A DNA stretch of 64,000 nt from Octopus sinensis (lineage: Eukaryota), in contig NC_043000.1 in assembly GCF_006345805.1 (NCBI RefSeq), positions 78,182,001-78,246,000 on the forward strand, read 5' to 3'. This document shows positions 61,840 through 64,000 of this stretch, piece by piece. Both the position numbers and the translations under genes were made by a program. Under the pieces are notes generated by a model. It worked only from the letters and a program-made list of their open reading frames with translations, was not told where the DNA came from and searched no databases. The number at the start of each line of letters is the position of its first letter. Position 1 is the first letter of the stretch.

Positions 61840-63232
61840 TGTATGATTGTATTAAGTTCCAGTAAAAATCTCTCTATATTTAACTGTTTAACTCAGCTCC
61901 TACAACACTATGACTGGGTGCTGAAACGGCTGCTCAACCACTCAAATGTGGAAGTGATATATCTCGACTTTGCAAAGGCCTTTGATAAAATCGATCATGG
62001 AATGATATGTCACAAACTGCGTGATCTCAACATAGTTGGAAAACTGGCTTCATGACTTTCTGAAAGATAGAAGTCAGGTGGTAGTAGCCACTTCCATTAA
62101 CACGCAAATAGTGAGCGGTGTTCCGCAGGGCACTGTTCTGGGACCACTACTGTTCATAATGGCCCTCTCAGACGTGCCCTCAGCCACGCAGAGAGCCACG
62201 ATCACAAGTTATGCAGATGATACAAAAGTTTCACAGGCAATACAGAACCCTGAGGACACTGTGAGCTGGACACTGTGAGCTGGACACTGTGAGCTGGACA
62301 AAATATACAAGTGGGCTGAAAAGAATAGCATGCAGTTCAATGCTGAAAAGTTTCAAGCTTTATACTATCAGCATGCAAAACTAAAAGCAATACCCAATGA
62401 ATACACTGGACCCGGAGGAATAGCAATCCCAGAGGCACAATCAGTGCGTGACCTGGGTATTTACATGAGTGATGACGCAACCTTTCGTGTACATGTTGCT
62501 AAATTGGCAATGAAATGTAGACGACTGGCCGGATGGATTCTCAGAACCTTTAGAACAAGAGAACAAGAAACCATGATGGTCCTCTGGAGGACACTTGTCC
62601 TAAGCCACTTTAACTATTGCTCTCAGTTATGGTCACCATCCAGTGTCAAGTTGATCACAGAGCTCGAGGCGATCCAGCGTAGCTACACGAAGAAGATAGC
62701 CTCTATGCAGAATGTAAGCTACTGGGAAAGACTCAAGAGATTAAAACTATATTCCTTGGAGCGTAGGCGGGAAAGATATGCCATAATATACATCTGGAAG
62801 ATCCTGGAGGGACGTGTCCCAAACTTTGGCATCGAGAGTTACACAAATGCCAGAACTGGGCGCCACTGCGTGGTGCCTAGGACTCCAAATTTGCCATCAA
62901 GATGTAGGACAAGATACTGTGATAGCCTGGGCTTCAGAGGCCCACAGCTCTTCAATATACTCCCGAAGAACCTGAGAGACCTACATGGGGTGGATACAGA
63001 TGTCTTTAAAATGAAACTGGATCTCTTCCTGTCAGGTGTCCCAGATGAACCAACTTCACGGCAGGAGGTGCAGATGAGGGCAGCTGCATCGAACTCTCTC
63101 ATGCACCAAATGGCAGTTGCTAAAAAGCTTTCGTGAAGTAAAACCAAGTAGCAACACCAAATGGCGGTGCCCCAGCATGGCCACAGCTCATGAGCTGAAA
63201 CTAGAATCAATCAATCAATCAATCAATCAATC
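61840..63232 (+). mobile_element. 5'-truncated CR1-clade LINE with 3' stem-loop and (ATCA)n tail
   Basis: YLDFAKAFDKIDH, SGVPQGTVLGPLLF, YADDTK, MQFNAEKF, RDLG, YCSQLWSP, LEAIQR, YWERLKRLKLYSLERRR. Confidence 0.9.
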
Positions 63233-63830
63233 GTATATAAACGGCAGTTTGTCTGTCTGTGTGTCTGTCAGGTTGTACCCTCACCCTGACCACAGCTTTC
63301 AACCGATTCTGATGAAACTTGACACACACATAACCCAATGTCATAATTCAAAACTAACGCAGCGAAAATTTTGAAAAGTTCCCCCAGTTCTGAAAAAAAT
63401 CGATAAATTTGACATGGGGTCGAGAATCTAAGCTTTTTATATGCAACACATTTTCTGTTGTAGTTTTCGCAACTTACAATTGATTTTCCCCAAACTCATG
63501 GTGAAGCTTAATGTTACCCTAAGAAACTTAATTCTGACGTTAGTTTTCCATGCAATACCTTACCATCAGAAAAAATCAGATAAAATCATGCCATTTTGGG
63601 AAATCGCGTTCAAATTCAAGATGACATATTTTCGACAATATCTTTCACAAATTGGCAGGAATTTTTTTTGAAATTCACAGCGGGCATCATGTCTGCTCCA
63701 AGGAGCTATATGGCCCTTTTTATTCCAATAGGATACTTTATTACTGGAAAAAATCGGTTAATTAAATCATATGTGGCACACATAGCAAACCGATTTGTGT
63801 ATTAAACACAAACCACAGACTGTCTAGGGG
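63231..63830 (+). mobile_element. Possible non-autonomous Helitron-type element
   Basis: Starts TCgtatataaa with (CTGT)-rich sequence and ccgattctgatgaaactt. A weak hairpin tttgtgt/acacaaa sits about 11 nt before a CTAG. The expected 3' flanking T is absent. Confidence 0.35.
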
Positions 63831-64000
63831 ACGCAACTCGACATTTTTAACTCACTTTGCACCACTGTCGACACCCCTGCTAGCCTCCGGGACGCTGTCT
63901 TCCATGACCTACAAAACAATTTACGCGACCTAAAATGGCTGGCACCCAAAAATACAACCGTCAACTCCATCAATATCCAGCTTCTTGAAGCTATTCCTGG

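Overview
AT-rich, microsatellite-dense metazoan genomic DNA. The repeat landscape suggests a cephalopod (octopus-like), which is inferred and not checked. There is one intact host gene on the + strand: a 4-exon, 615-aa, 12-TM SLC16/monocarboxylate-transporter-family protein, join(20031..20400,35341..35484,38472..39623,57901..58082), with three phase-1 GT-AG introns. Almost everything else is mobile DNA: at least three tRNA-derived SINE families, non-LTR elements (R4/Dong-type RLE, Tx1-like, RTE, CR1), Penelope-like fragments, a Gypsy fragment, a mariner fragment, Helitron pieces and Merlin-like MITEs. Highlights: (1) a complete type I hammerhead ribozyme about 850 bp upstream of the transporter ATG, plus a decayed minimal hammerhead next to a Penelope fragment; (2) a microsatellite-centred retroelement community, in which several RLE families and a non-coding partner insert into (TAA)n in one fixed orientation and build an ~11 kb head-to-tail array in intron 3, another RLE family sits in (CATA)n, and Tx1-like LINEs and a SINE abut the same repeats in the opposite orientation; (3) junction structures recording snap-back, twin-priming and 5'-5' cDNA fusion; (4) a SINE/CR1 pair sharing a 3' stem-loop with compensatory substitutions. 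No databases were searched, so family names come from recognised motifs, and many TE boundaries are approximate.
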